NCBI GenBank assembly: GCA_022800755.1
Contig: JAAWQX010000008.1
Coordinates: forward strand, 16,675 to 80,674
DNA: 64,000 nucleotides
Direction of reading: 5' to 3'
DNA from: Oscillospiraceae bacterium
GTDB taxonomy: Bacteria; Bacillota; Clostridia; Oscillospirales; Oscillospiraceae
The notes beneath the pieces were generated by a model, which saw only the letters and a program-made list of their open reading frames with translations, did not search any database and was not told where the DNA came from. How positions within the stretch are numbered: the stretch's first letter is position 1; the number at the start of each line of letters is the position of its first letter. Shown piece after piece: positions 1-9,305 of the stretch. Both the position numbers and the translations under genes were made by a program.

Positions 1-47
1 GGGCATATCACTGCGACCTGGCCGCGCCGGGGAATGAATGAGGAAGT

Positions 48-935
48 ATGGAACGTCGTGACGCTTTTTCCGGCTGCCACCCGCTGGTGCAGCTTGTTTA
101 TTTCGCGCTGGTGCTGGTGCTGGGGATGTTTGTGATGCATCCGGCATGCTTGCTGGCGTCTTTGGCGTGCGCGGCGGGGTATTTGACGGTGCTCCGGGGC
201 GGAAAGGCGCTGGGACGGCTGGCGCGGGTGCTGGCGCCTATGGCGCTGATGGCGGCGGTGGTGAATCCGGCGTTCAATCACCGGGGCGTTACGGTTTTGG
301 GGCATTTTCCGTCGGGGAATCCGCTGACGCTGGAGAGTATCCTTTATGGGCTGGCGGCGGCGGTGATGCTGGCGGCGGTGGTCTTGTGGTGCACGTGCTG
401 CTCCGCGGTGATGACCTCGGACCGGGTGCTGTATCTGGTGGGACGGGGCGCGCCGTCCCTGGCGCTGCTGCTGTCGATGGTGCTGCGGTTTCTGCCCCGG
501 TGCAGGGCGCAGTATCAGGCGGTTCGGGAAGCGCAGATGGGATTGTCGGGGCCGCCCCGGGGCGGCTTGGAGCGGGCGCGGATGACCGGGAAGCTGGCGT
601 CTGTTACGGTCACCTGGGCGCTGGAAAACGCTGTGGCGGCGGCGGAGAGTATGAAAAGCCGGGGATATGGGTTGCCGGGGCGTACGGCTTATTCCCGGTA
701 CCGCTTTGATTCCAGGGACCGCCGGGTGCTGGGCTGGGTCTTGCTTTGGGGCGGCGTGTGCCTTTGGGGCTGGGCTGCCGGGGCGCTGGGCTGGCACTGG
801 TTTCCCATGGTGGGCGGCGCGGTCTCGCCGGCGGCGGGAGCGTGTCTGGTGGCGCAGCTTGCCCTTGGTTTGACCCCGGTGATCCTACACGCGAAGGAGG
901 CGAGGACATGGAAACGCTTGCACTCTGCCATTTGA
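48..935 (+). CDS. ecfT: ECF transporter transmembrane (T) component, EcfT/CbiQ family
   Basis: 295-aa polytopic membrane ORF with EcfT/CbiQ-like sequence. Its 3' end overlaps the start of the downstream ECF ATPase gene. Confidence 0.75.
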   Translation: MERRDAFSGCHPLVQLVYFALVLVLGMFVMHPACLLASLACAAGYLTVLRGGKALGRLARVLAPMALMAAVVNPAFNHRGVTVLGHFPSGNPLTLESILYGLAAAVMLAAVVLWCTCCSAVMTSDRVLYLVGRGAPSLALLLSMVLRFLPRCRAQYQAVREAQMGLSGPPRGGLERARMTGKLASVTVTWALENAVAAAESMKSRGYGLPGRTAYSRYRFDSRDRRVLGWVLLWGGVCLWGWAAGALGWHWFPMVGGAVSPAAGACLVAQLALGLTPVILHAKEARTWKRLHSAI

Positions 936-3265
936 GTTTTTCCTATCCAAACGCCCGGGAAAAGGCGCTGGAAGATGTGTGCCTGTCCTTGGAGAACGGG
1001 GAATTTTGCGTGCTGTGCGGGCCGTCGGGCAGCGGGAAAAGTACATTATTGCGGCAGTTGAAGACGGACCTGACGCCCCGGGGGACCCGGACGGGGGAGG
1101 TCTTGTTTTACGGCGCAGAGCTGTCGGAGATTGACCGCCGGACCCAGTGTGGGCGCATTGGGTTCGTGGGGCAGTCGCCGGAGGATCAGATCGTGACGGA
1201 TAAGGTGTGGCATGAACTGGCCTTTGGGCTGGAGAGCCTTGGGGAAGATACGCTGGCGATCCGCCGGAGGGTGTCGGAAATGGCCAGCTTTTTCGGGATG
1301 CAGACCTGGTTCGACCGGGATACGGCGTCCCTGTCCGGCGGGCAGAAGCAATTGCTGAATCTGGCGTCGGTGATGGTGACACAGCCGTCTTTGCTGGTGC
1401 TGGACGAGCCTACCAGCCAGTTGGACCCCATCGCGGCGGCGGAGTTTCTTTCCATGCTGGGGCGGCTGAACCGGGAATTCGGCACGACGATCTTGCTCAG
1501 TGAGCATCGGCTGGAAGAGGCGTTTCCTCTGGCGGGGAGCGTGGCGGTGCTGGACGCGGGGCGTTTGGTGTTCCGGGGAACGCCCCGGGAAGTGGGGCGC
1601 GCGCTGAAACGGCTGGGGCACCCCATGTTTTTGGCGATGCCTACGGCGATGCGGGTCTGGGCTGCGGTTTCCGGCGGAGAGGACGTGCCGGTGACGGTGG
1701 GCGAGGGCCGGGCGTGGCTGGAGAAGTACGGGGCGGAGCACTCCTTATTGCCTGTACCCGCGGCGGCGGAGCATCCTTGCGGGGATGTGGCCTTGCGGGC
1801 GGAGGAACTGTGGTTCCGGTATGAGAAAAACGCGCCGGATGTGGTGCAAAATCTGTCCGTTACGGTGCGAAAAGGTGAATTTTTGGCCCTGTTGGGCGGG
1901 AATGGTACCGGGAAAACCACCGCTTTGCGGCTGATGGCGGGGCTGCTGCGGCCGTACCGGGGACGGGTGAAGTCCGCGGGACGGGTGGCGCTGCTGCCCC
2001 AGTCGACTCAGGCGCTATTTGTGAAAAAAACCGTGGAAGAGGACCTGAAGGATGTGCGGGGCGGCGGGGCGGATTTCCGGCGCGTGGTTGAGTTGTGCGG
2101 GCTGGGACATCTGCTGGAGTGTCATCCCTACGATTTGTCCGGGGGCGAGCAGCAGCGGGCGGCGCTGGCGAAAGTGCTGCTGACGAAGCCGGATATTTTG
2201 CTGCTGGATGAGCCGACCAAGGGGCTTGACCTGGAATTTAAGCGGATGCTGGGGGAGACTTTGGAGACGCTGTGCCGGCAGGGGAAAACGGTGGTCGTGG
2301 TGAGCCATGACATTGAGTTTTGCGCCGGGTATGCCCACCGCTGCGGCTTGTTTTTTGCCGGGGATATCGTCGCGGCGGACGCGCCCCGGGCCTTTTTCCG
2401 GGGAAACAGCTTTTATACTACCGCCGCCAACCGGATGGGGCGGACGCTGGCGCCGGAGGCGGTCACGGCGAAGGACCTCATTGCCGTGTGCGGCGGGGCG
2501 CCGGAGGCGTATGTGTCCGGGCCGGGGGAGGGGAAAGCGCCCGCGGAGACGGGGGACATGCCGGAGCAAACTCGGGCGAAGCCCGGGTGGCGGGCGGTGC
2601 TGGCGTCGGCTTTGTTGCTGCTGCTGATCCCGGCGACGGTCTGGTGCGGCGCACGCTGGAGCGGCGGGCGGTATACGGCGGTGTCTTTGCTGGTGCTGCT
2701 GGAGGCGATGCTGCCGTTTTTCCTGTGCTTTGAAAGCCGCAGGCCCCAGGCACGGGAACTGGCGGTCATCGCGGGGCTTTGCGCTGTGGCGGTGGCCGGG
2801 CGGGCGGCGCTGTTCATGCTGCCCCAATGCAAGCCGGTGCTGGCCGTGGCGATCATCGCCGGGGCCGCGCTGGGGGGCGAGACAGGCTTTTTGGTGGGCG
2901 CGGTGTCGATGCTGGCGTCCAATATGCTGTTTGCCCAGGGACCCTGGACCCCGTGGCAGATGTTCGCGGCGGGGATCATCGGATTCTTGGGCGGAAAGCT
3001 GTTTTCCGTCAGGCGGGGCCGGGGGGCGATGGCGCTGTTCGGCGCGGCGGCTTCCGTTGTGATCTACGGCGGGCTGCTGAACACCGCGTCTGCGCTGCTT
3101 TGGGCGGATACGCCGACTTGGCCGCTGCTGTTGAGTTATTACGTGGCGGGGCTGCCGATGGACTGCGTGCAGGGGGTGGCGACGGCGCTGTTTTTGTGGT
3201 TTGCGGCGGGACCGATGCTGGAAAAGCTCGATCGGCTCAAGGTGAAATACCGACTAATGGAATAA
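908..3265 (+). CDS. Fused ECF-type ABC ATPase (two nucleotide-binding domains) with a C-terminal S-component-like membrane domain
   Basis: The internal ATG at 908 (METLALCHLSFSY) is in frame within track ORF 746..3265. Two Walker A motifs (GPSGSGKST, GGNGTGKTT) and two signature motifs (LSGGQKQ, LSGGEQQ). The C-terminal ~250 aa are multi-TM with an S-component-like stretch (GETGFLVGAVSMLASNMLFAQGPWTPWQMF). Confidence 0.8.
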   Translation: METLALCHLSFSYPNAREKALEDVCLSLENGEFCVLCGPSGSGKSTLLRQLKTDLTPRGTRTGEVLFYGAELSEIDRRTQCGRIGFVGQSPEDQIVTDKVWHELAFGLESLGEDTLAIRRRVSEMASFFGMQTWFDRDTASLSGGQKQLLNLASVMVTQPSLLVLDEPTSQLDPIAAAEFLSMLGRLNREFGTTILLSEHRLEEAFPLAGSVAVLDAGRLVFRGTPREVGRALKRLGHPMFLAMPTAMRVWAAVSGGEDVPVTVGEGRAWLEKYGAEHSLLPVPAAAEHPCGDVALRAEELWFRYEKNAPDVVQNLSVTVRKGEFLALLGGNGTGKTTALRLMAGLLRPYRGRVKSAGRVALLPQSTQALFVKKTVEEDLKDVRGGGADFRRVVELCGLGHLLECHPYDLSGGEQQRAALAKVLLTKPDILLLDEPTKGLDLEFKRMLGETLETLCRQGKTVVVVSHDIEFCAGYAHRCGLFFAGDIVAADAPRAFFRGNSFYTTAANRMGRTLAPEAVTAKDLIAVCGGAPEAYVSGPGEGKAPAETGDMPEQTRAKPGWRAVLASALLLLLIPATVWCGARWSGGRYTAVSLLVLLEAMLPFFLCFESRRPQARELAVIAGLCAVAVAGRAALFMLPQCKPVLAVAIIAGAALGGETGFLVGAVSMLASNMLFAQGPWTPWQMFAAGIIGFLGGKLFSVRRGRGAMALFGAAASVVIYGGLLNTASALLWADTPTWPLLLSYYVAGLPMDCVQGVATALFLWFAAGPMLEKLDRLKVKYRLME

Positions 3266-3273
3266 ATAGCAAA

Positions 3274-3310
3274 CGCCCCGGAAGATTTTACCTTCCGGGG
3301 CGCTTTTTTA
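3274..3310. terminator. Rho-independent terminator between convergent genes
   Basis: Perfect 11-bp stem cgccccggaag/cttccggggcg followed by cttttttatt. Confidence 0.8.
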
Positions 3311-3315
3311 TTTCG

Positions 3316-3945
3316 TTATTCTGCCGCCTGGGTGCAGAAACGGGCCAGGACACAGGCGACCTGGGCGCGGGTAGCGGGGAGACTGCCGCCCAGGGTGGCG
3401 TCTGTCATGCCGGCGATGAGATGGGCGGCGACGGCCCATTTCATGTTTTCCGCGGCGTAGGCGCTGAGGGCACCGGCGTCGGTATAGGCGCTGAGGTCGG
3501 CCCGGGCGGATACGTCATGGCCTTTGTACGCGGCGTAGCGGTAGAGCATGGCAATGAACTGCTCCCGGGTGATGGGGTCGTCAGGGCCGAAAATATCCGC
3601 GCTGTAACCGCTGATGATCCCGTTGGAAGCGCCCCAGGCGACGGCATTGGCGTAGTACGCGTCCGGCTTTACGTCTTGGAAATCGGAGAGATTCGGCGTG
3701 TCCGCGCCGTCGAGACGGTACAGGACGGCGGCAATCATGCCCCGGGTCGTGTGAGCTTCGGGGCGGAAGCTGCCGTCGTCGAAGCCGGACATCAGGGACT
3801 TGCTGTGTACGAAAGATACCGCGTCGTGGTACCAGGCGCCGGTTTGAATGTCAGGATAGGACATGGGAACGGGCGGGGTGGTTTCGGGGCGCTCGGGCTT
3901 GGGGTCCGGCTTGCTGCTGTCGATGCCCGCGATGGGGATGTACAC
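3316..3945 (-). CDS. Protein with three S-layer homology (SLH) repeats; no signal peptide in the called ORF
   Basis: Three SLH-like repeats (YPDIQTGAWYHDAV..; FQDVKPDAYYANAVAWGASNGIISGY..ITREQF; YTDAGALSAYAAENMKWAV..ATRAQV). GTG start. Pro-rich N-terminus. Confidence 0.7.
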   Translation of the reverse strand: MYIPIAGIDSSKPDPKPERPETTPPVPMSYPDIQTGAWYHDAVSFVHSKSLMSGFDDGSFRPEAHTTRGMIAAVLYRLDGADTPNLSDFQDVKPDAYYANAVAWGASNGIISGYSADIFGPDDPITREQFIAMLYRYAAYKGHDVSARADLSAYTDAGALSAYAAENMKWAVAAHLIAGMTDATLGGSLPATRAQVACVLARFCTQAAE

Positions 3946-3969
3946 CGGCGGGCGCGGGCGGCTCGTGAT

Positions 3970-4551
3970 TTATTTGTAATGTATCATGTCTCCAACTGCT
4001 GCCAGTGGGTCCACATCCCACTGGATCACTTGAATGCCCATTTCGTTAATCGTGGACACGACATGGTCGTCGTATTCGCCGTAGGGACAGCGGAACAGCG
4101 TCGGGCGCTGGCCGGTGATCGTCTCGATCTTGTCACAGCAGGCGTTTACATTGTCCCGAATCTCCTGGGCAGACAGCTTGGAAAAATGGGCGTGGTCGTT
4201 GGAATGGTTCATGACCTCCATGCCCGCGTCGTGGAGCGCCTTGACCGATTCCGGGTACCGATCTACCCAGTCGCCTACCAGAAAGAACGTGGCTTTGACG
4301 TTGTACTGGCCCAAAATGTCGATCAGCATTTGCGTATCCTCGTTGCCCCAGGCCGCGTCGAAGGTCAGGGACACCGCCTTGTTGTCCCGCTCTACGCAGT
4401 AGATGGGCAGTACCCGTTCCGTGGCCGCCGCGCCTACGATCTGGGGCGCGTTCACTGCGTAGAACATCAGGCAGATCACCAGGACCAGCGCCAGGGCTGA
4501 CAGTAGTTTTTTGCGCTTTGCCAGCGCGTTTGTAAGTTGTTTCATGAACAT
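3970..4551 (-). CDS. Polysaccharide deacetylase (NodB/CE4) family, N-terminal membrane anchor, C-terminally truncated
   Basis: NodB motifs LTFDAAWGNEDT, HSNDH, RCPYGEY and WDVD are present. The ORF stops shortly after WDVD, so the DW and LxH motifs are missing. Confidence 0.7.
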   Translation of the reverse strand: MFMKQLTNALAKRKKLLSALALVLVICLMFYAVNAPQIVGAAATERVLPIYCVERDNKAVSLTFDAAWGNEDTQMLIDILGQYNVKATFFLVGDWVDRYPESVKALHDAGMEVMNHSNDHAHFSKLSAQEIRDNVNACCDKIETITGQRPTLFRCPYGEYDDHVVSTINEMGIQVIQWDVDPLAAVGDMIHYK

Positions 4552-4794
4552 CCCTCCTGACAGTTTTGGTACATCATATCGCCTCGTCCGGCAAATTATG
4601 CCCGTCCCGCCGGGAAACCGTCAATAAAATGTTTCTGTTTCTTAATCAAGGCTTAAGCTTTTCGGGGATTGTTTCTTAAACGTGATTTTTCTATACTTTT
4701 TTACAGAGAATAGTTGACAAGGAGATTTGCTTGTGCTATTTTACTATTGTATTAAGTTGATAATGCAATACGAGATGTTTTGAGGTGAAGCAAT

Positions 4795-5964
4795 ATGAAA
4801 GTCTTGCTGACATCTGATTGGAATATGGATGCGGTCAACGGAGTGGTGACATCTGTGATAAACCTGCGACGGGGGCTGGAGGAACGGGGGCATGAGGTCC
4901 GGATCCTGACCTTGTCACCTACCGCGCATTCCTGGGAACGGGACGGCGTGACTTATATTGGGTCGGTGAATGTGGAGCGGATCTATCCCGGCGCGCGGCT
5001 GCGGACCGCCGGGGGGCGCTCGCTGATCCGCGAACTGATCCGGTGGCATCCCGATGTGGTCCATTCCAACTGTGAGTTCAGTACCTTTTTTATGGCCCGG
5101 CATATTTCCGAGCGGCTGCGGGTGCCGTTGGTGCATACCTATCATACGGTGTATGAGGATTATACCCATTACTTCTGCCGCAATGAGGAATTAGGGCAAT
5201 ATCTGGTGGAAAAATTCTCCCGGTGGATTGCCGGACGCACTGACTGCGTGGTCGTGCCGTCTGAGAAAGTGGCGAGGCTGCTGACGGGGTATAACGTGAC
5301 GGCACCGATCTATGTGGTGCCGACGGGGATCGAGCAGGGACGCTTTGCCGCTTCCAACGAGGAAGGGGCCGCCGTGCGGCGGGCACTGGGATTGCCGGAA
5401 GATTGCATGGTGCTGGTATCCGTGGGGCGGCTGGCCAGAGAGAAAAATTACGGGGAATTGCTGCGACTGATGGCCGGGATGCGGACGCTTCCTGTGCGGC
5501 TGCTTTTGGTGGGCGACGGTCCGGCCCGGGAAGAACTGGAGCGGCAAGCCCGGGAACTGGGCGTGGCTGACCGGGTGGTGTTTACTGGGATGGTCCCGCC
5601 GGAAGAAGTCGGGCGGTATTACAAGGCCGGAGACCTGTTCGTCAGCGCGTCCACCAGTGAGACCCAGGGCTTGACCTATTTTGAGGCGTTGTCCGCGGGA
5701 CTGCCTATGCTGTGCCGGGCGGATGCGTGTCTGGACGGCATTGTGATCGACGGGGAAAATGGCTGGCAGTATCAGACAGAGGCGGAAGCCATTGCCCGGG
5801 TGCGGCAGCTGATCGACCATCCGGAACTGCGGGGGCCAATGAGCGCGGCTGCGCTGCGGACGGGGCGGCAGTATTCCGTTCCCGCCTTTGCTGAGAGCAT
5901 TGAACAGGTATATCGAGAACAAATGGCCTGGCGGCGCTCGCCGCTGCGGGAGGTCTCCGCATGA
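4795..5964 (+). CDS. Glycosyltransferase family 4 (glycolipid/diacylglycerol glycosyltransferase-like)
   Basis: GT4/GT-B sequence: N-terminal MKVLLTSD..NGVVTSV and C-terminal ETQGLTYFEALSAGLP (E-x7-E region). Confidence 0.75.
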   Translation: MKVLLTSDWNMDAVNGVVTSVINLRRGLEERGHEVRILTLSPTAHSWERDGVTYIGSVNVERIYPGARLRTAGGRSLIRELIRWHPDVVHSNCEFSTFFMARHISERLRVPLVHTYHTVYEDYTHYFCRNEELGQYLVEKFSRWIAGRTDCVVVPSEKVARLLTGYNVTAPIYVVPTGIEQGRFAASNEEGAAVRRALGLPEDCMVLVSVGRLAREKNYGELLRLMAGMRTLPVRLLLVGDGPAREELERQARELGVADRVVFTGMVPPEEVGRYYKAGDLFVSASTSETQGLTYFEALSAGLPMLCRADACLDGIVIDGENGWQYQTEAEAIARVRQLIDHPELRGPMSAAALRTGRQYSVPAFAESIEQVYREQMAWRRSPLREVSA

Positions 5965-6551
5965 GCCGGGCAGGGGTACAGATCAGCCGGTATCTGCCGA
6001 TGCTGGGGCTGGCCGCCTGCGCGGCGCTGGCGGTCTGGGGCTGGCAGAGCGGGGTGCTTACCTCCCAAGAGGCCATGGAGGCGCTTGTGGCCCGGGTGGG
6101 CTTCTGGGGGCCGGTAATCTTTACCGTCATTCAGGCGGTGCAGGTGGTCATCCCCATTTTGCCCGGCGCCATCGGCTGTGTGGTGGGGGTCATCATGTTC
6201 GGGCCGCTGTGGGGGTTTGTGTACAGTTATGTGGGCATCTGCGTGGGGTCTATGCTGGCGTTCGCCGTGGCGAAGACCTACGGACGGCCCCTGCTGCCCC
6301 GGCTGTTTCAGCAAAAGACCATTGATAAATACGATACTTGGACGAAAAAGGGAAAGTTTGACCTGTGGTTCGCCATCGCTATTTTTCTGCCGGTGGCGCC
6401 GGATGACTTCCTGTGCTATCTGGCAGGGACGACGACTATGAGCTGGCGGCGGTTCACCGCGATCATCTGGGCGGGCAAGCCCTTTGCCATCGCGGCGTAC
6501 AGCCTGATTTTGAACACGGCTTGGACGCAGGTTTTGAATTGGTTAGGATAA
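5961..6551 (+). CDS. TVP38/TMEM64 (DedA-related) family membrane protein
   Basis: Multi-TM 196-aa ORF with LPVAPDDFLCYLAGTT motif. ATGA overlap with the upstream GT4 gene. Confidence 0.75.
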   Translation: MSRAGVQISRYLPMLGLAACAALAVWGWQSGVLTSQEAMEALVARVGFWGPVIFTVIQAVQVVIPILPGAIGCVVGVIMFGPLWGFVYSYVGICVGSMLAFAVAKTYGRPLLPRLFQQKTIDKYDTWTKKGKFDLWFAIAIFLPVAPDDFLCYLAGTTTMSWRRFTAIIWAGKPFAIAAYSLILNTAWTQVLNWLG

Positions 6552-6562
6552 GGGTGATCGAA

Positions 6563-7615
6563 ATGTCAGTTTATCTGTATACCGGAGGGGAACGCATCGT
6601 AGGGAAAAGCGGCGTGGGACAGGCTATCGCCCACCAGCGGGGCGCGCTGCGGGCTGTGGGACTGCCGCCGGACGCGCGTATGGACCGGGGCACCCAGGTG
6701 GTGCATATCAATACGGTGCTGCCGGATTCGCCTGTGATGGCGATGCTGGCCCGGATGCGGCGGAAAAAGGTGGTCTATTACGCCCATTCCACCATGGAGG
6801 ATTTTCGCTGCTCCTTCCGGGGCTCCAATCTGCTTGCGCCGCTGTTTAAGCAGTGGATCCGCTTTTGCTACCGCAGGGGCGATGTGATCTTGACCCCTAC
6901 GGCGTATTCCCAGGAAATTTTGCAGGGGTATGGGCTGAAAAAGCCGATCTACCATATCTCCAACGGTATCGATACGGAATTTTTCCGTCCCAGCCGGGAA
7001 CGGCGTGCGGCGTTTCGGGAGGCTTATGGACTGTCGGACGGGGAACGCGTTGTGATTTCCGTGGGGCATCTGATGGAGCGCAAGGGAATCTTGGATTACA
7101 TCGAACTGGCCCGGCAGATGCCGGAGACACGGTTTTTCTGGTTCGGCTATACCGACCCGAAGCTCATTCCCACCCCGGTGCAGCAGGCCATCGACGGCGC
7201 GCCGGAGAATCTGACCTTTGCCGGGTTCGTGGACCAGGCGGCGCTGCGGGACGCTTACTGCGGCGCGGACGCTTTTGCGTTTTTGAGCCATGAGGAGACG
7301 GAGGGCATCGTGGTGCTGGAAGCGCTGGCCTGCGGGACCCCGACGCTGCTGCGGGATATCCCGGTGTATGACGGCTGGCTGGGGGCCGGGCGGGATGTGT
7401 ATATGTCCGACGGTGTGGAGGGCTTTGAACAGACCCTCGCCGGGATGCTGGACGGTACACTGCCGGACCTGACCGAACAGGGGCGGGCTGTAGCCCGTTC
7501 CCGGAGCCTTGCCGCTGTGGGGGAGCGGCTGCGGGAAATTTATCAGAGCGAAGGGCTGATGGATACCCGTAAATCGAAATTGGCCTGGGCGCGGAAAATC
7601 TATTCCCGGACGTAA
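6563..7615 (+). CDS. Glycosyltransferase family 4
   Basis: Internal ATG at 6563 (MSVYLYTGGERIVGKSGVGQA) is in frame within track ORF 6413..7615. GT4 C-terminal motif HEETEGIVVLEALACGTP. Confidence 0.75.
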   Translation: MSVYLYTGGERIVGKSGVGQAIAHQRGALRAVGLPPDARMDRGTQVVHINTVLPDSPVMAMLARMRRKKVVYYAHSTMEDFRCSFRGSNLLAPLFKQWIRFCYRRGDVILTPTAYSQEILQGYGLKKPIYHISNGIDTEFFRPSRERRAAFREAYGLSDGERVVISVGHLMERKGILDYIELARQMPETRFFWFGYTDPKLIPTPVQQAIDGAPENLTFAGFVDQAALRDAYCGADAFAFLSHEETEGIVVLEALACGTPTLLRDIPVYDGWLGAGRDVYMSDGVEGFEQTLAGMLDGTLPDLTEQGRAVARSRSLAAVGERLREIYQSEGLMDTRKSKLAWARKIYSRT

Positions 7616-7616
7616 C

Positions 7617-7648
7617 AGAAAAGACGCTCCAACGGAGCGTCTTTTCTT
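7617..7648 (+). terminator. Rho-independent terminator
   Basis: aaaagacgctcc-aac-ggagcgtctttt followed by cttg. Confidence 0.8.
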
Positions 7649-7701
7649 GCATCTTGGGTGCGGTTCTGCTACAATGGCTCAAGGAAAGGGGGAAACAGGT
7701 T

Positions 7702-8538
7702 ATGAAGCGGATCGTGACAATGCAGGATATTTCCTGCGTGGGGAAGTGCTCGCTGACGGTGGCGCTGCCGGTGCTGTCGGCCATGGGCGTGGAAACGGCG
7801 GTGATCCCGACGGCGGTGCTGTCCGCCCATTCCGTGTTTCCCGACTTCACGTTCCGGGACTTGACGGAAGAGCTGCTGCCCATTGCCCGGCACTGGAACA
7901 GCCAGGGGCTGCGCTTTGACGCCGCGTATACCGGCTATCTGGGGTCCCGGGAACAAATCGACGTGGTTTGCGCCGTTTTGGATACGGTCGCGACCCCGGA
8001 GACGCTGATTTTTGTTGACCCCGCCATGGCAGACCAGGGGCGGCTGTACGCAGGGTTTGACCTGGCGTTTGCACGGAAAATGGCGGAGCTTTGCCGCCGG
8101 GCGGATTATATCGACCCCAATGTGACGGAGGCCTGTTTCCTGACGGATACGCCTTACCGGACGGAGTACGATGAAGCGTATCTTGACCTGCTGCTGGACA
8201 GGCTCCGGGATATTTGCCCGGGGACTGTGGTTCTGACCGGGGTGCGTCTGCGGGAGGGAAAAACCGGCGTGGTGAGCGTTATGCCGTCGGGGGAGCGGTC
8301 GGCGTATTTTCACGATACCGTACCCGGGCAGTTCCACGGAACGGGGGATGTGTTCTCCAGCGCGGTGGTGGGGGCGCTTATGCGGGGACTGGGCCTGGAC
8401 GCGGCCCTGCGGCTGGCGGCGGATTTCACTTACGCGTGCATTCAGGCTACGGTGAATGACCCCGATGCCCGCTGGTACGGGGTCTCTTTTGAGGCGGCTT
8501 TGCCCGATTTGATCCGAAATCTGTCGAGTTTCACATAA
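7702..8538 (+). CDS. pdxK: Pyridoxal/pyridoxamine kinase (ribokinase superfamily)
   Basis: MKRIVTMQDISCVGKCSLTVALPVLSAMGVE N-terminus and GTGDVFSS near the C-terminus, typical of PdxK/PdxY. RBS ggggga upstream of the ATG at 7702. Confidence 0.75.
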   Translation: MKRIVTMQDISCVGKCSLTVALPVLSAMGVETAVIPTAVLSAHSVFPDFTFRDLTEELLPIARHWNSQGLRFDAAYTGYLGSREQIDVVCAVLDTVATPETLIFVDPAMADQGRLYAGFDLAFARKMAELCRRADYIDPNVTEACFLTDTPYRTEYDEAYLDLLLDRLRDICPGTVVLTGVRLREGKTGVVSVMPSGERSAYFHDTVPGQFHGTGDVFSSAVVGALMRGLGLDAALRLAADFTYACIQATVNDPDARWYGVSFEAALPDLIRNLSSFT

Positions 8539-8608
8539 TCTTCATATTGTTTTCTTGCAATGTTCACAAAAGTGGTGTATGATAGTCCCACAGGAAAGGA
8601 GGAATGTC

Positions 8609-9268
8609 ATGCTCACTTTTAAAGACATTCAAGAAAACAAAGCCATTCATACTTACATCAAAAAAGCGGACGCGTCCCTGGTCGCCCTGGGTTATACGGA
8701 ACACAGCTTTGCCCATGTGACGATGGTGGCGGAGAACGCCGGATATATTTTGGAGACGCTTGGGTATCCCGCTCGGGAGATCGAACTGGTCAAAATCGCG
8801 GCGTATCTCCATGATATCGGGAATCTGGTCAACCGGGTGGACCACTCCCAATCTGGGGCGGTCATGGCCTTTCATATTCTGAACGACCTGCACATGGACC
8901 CCGCGGAAATCGCGGAAGTGGTCACCGCCATCGGTAACCACGATGAGGGCACCGGAAAGTCCGTCAGCCCCATGTCCGCGGCGCTGATTTTGGCGGATAA
9001 GTCAGATGTGCGCCGCAGCCGGGTGCGCAATGAGGATATCACGACCTTTGATATTCACGACCGGGTGAATTATTCGGTGAAAAAGTCGGAACTGAAGATC
9101 AATGAGACCCACACCATTATTAAGCTGAAGCTGTCAGTAGACACGCGGTATGGCTCGGTGATGGATTATTTTGAGATTTTCCTAAACCGTATGGTCATGT
9201 GCCGCAAGGCCGCGGAAAGTCTCGGACTGCAATTCAAGCTGATCATCAATGAGCAGCAGCTTATTTAA
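8609..9268 (+). CDS. HD-domain phosphohydrolase
   Basis: HD motif (AAYLHDIGN ... GNHDEG). RBS aggagg 5 nt upstream of the ATG at 8609. Confidence 0.7.
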   Translation: MLTFKDIQENKAIHTYIKKADASLVALGYTEHSFAHVTMVAENAGYILETLGYPAREIELVKIAAYLHDIGNLVNRVDHSQSGAVMAFHILNDLHMDPAEIAEVVTAIGNHDEGTGKSVSPMSAALILADKSDVRRSRVRNEDITTFDIHDRVNYSVKKSELKINETHTIIKLKLSVDTRYGSVMDYFEIFLNRMVMCRKAAESLGLQFKLIINEQQLI

Positions 9269-9301
9269 AAAGACCACAGGATAAAATCCTGTGGTCTTTT
9301 T
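9269..9301. terminator. Bidirectional rho-independent terminator
   Basis: aaaagaccacagga-taaaa-tcctgtggtctttt between convergent genes. Confidence 0.8.
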
Positions 9302-9305
9302 CGTT

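Noticed and set aside
746-907. 54-codon N-terminal extension of the ECF ATPase ORF in the track.
   Set aside because: It lies entirely inside the ecfT coding region in another frame and is Gly/Arg-rich. The ABC domain begins at the ATG at 908 (METLALCHLSF).
2779-4500. 573-aa plus-strand ORF spanning the end of the ECF gene, the SLH gene and the deacetylase gene.
   Set aside because: It overlaps three ORFs with clear family signatures on their own frames or strands. Its composition is Gly/Arg/Ala/Val-rich with no recognisable motif. This is a typical GC-rich shadow ORF.
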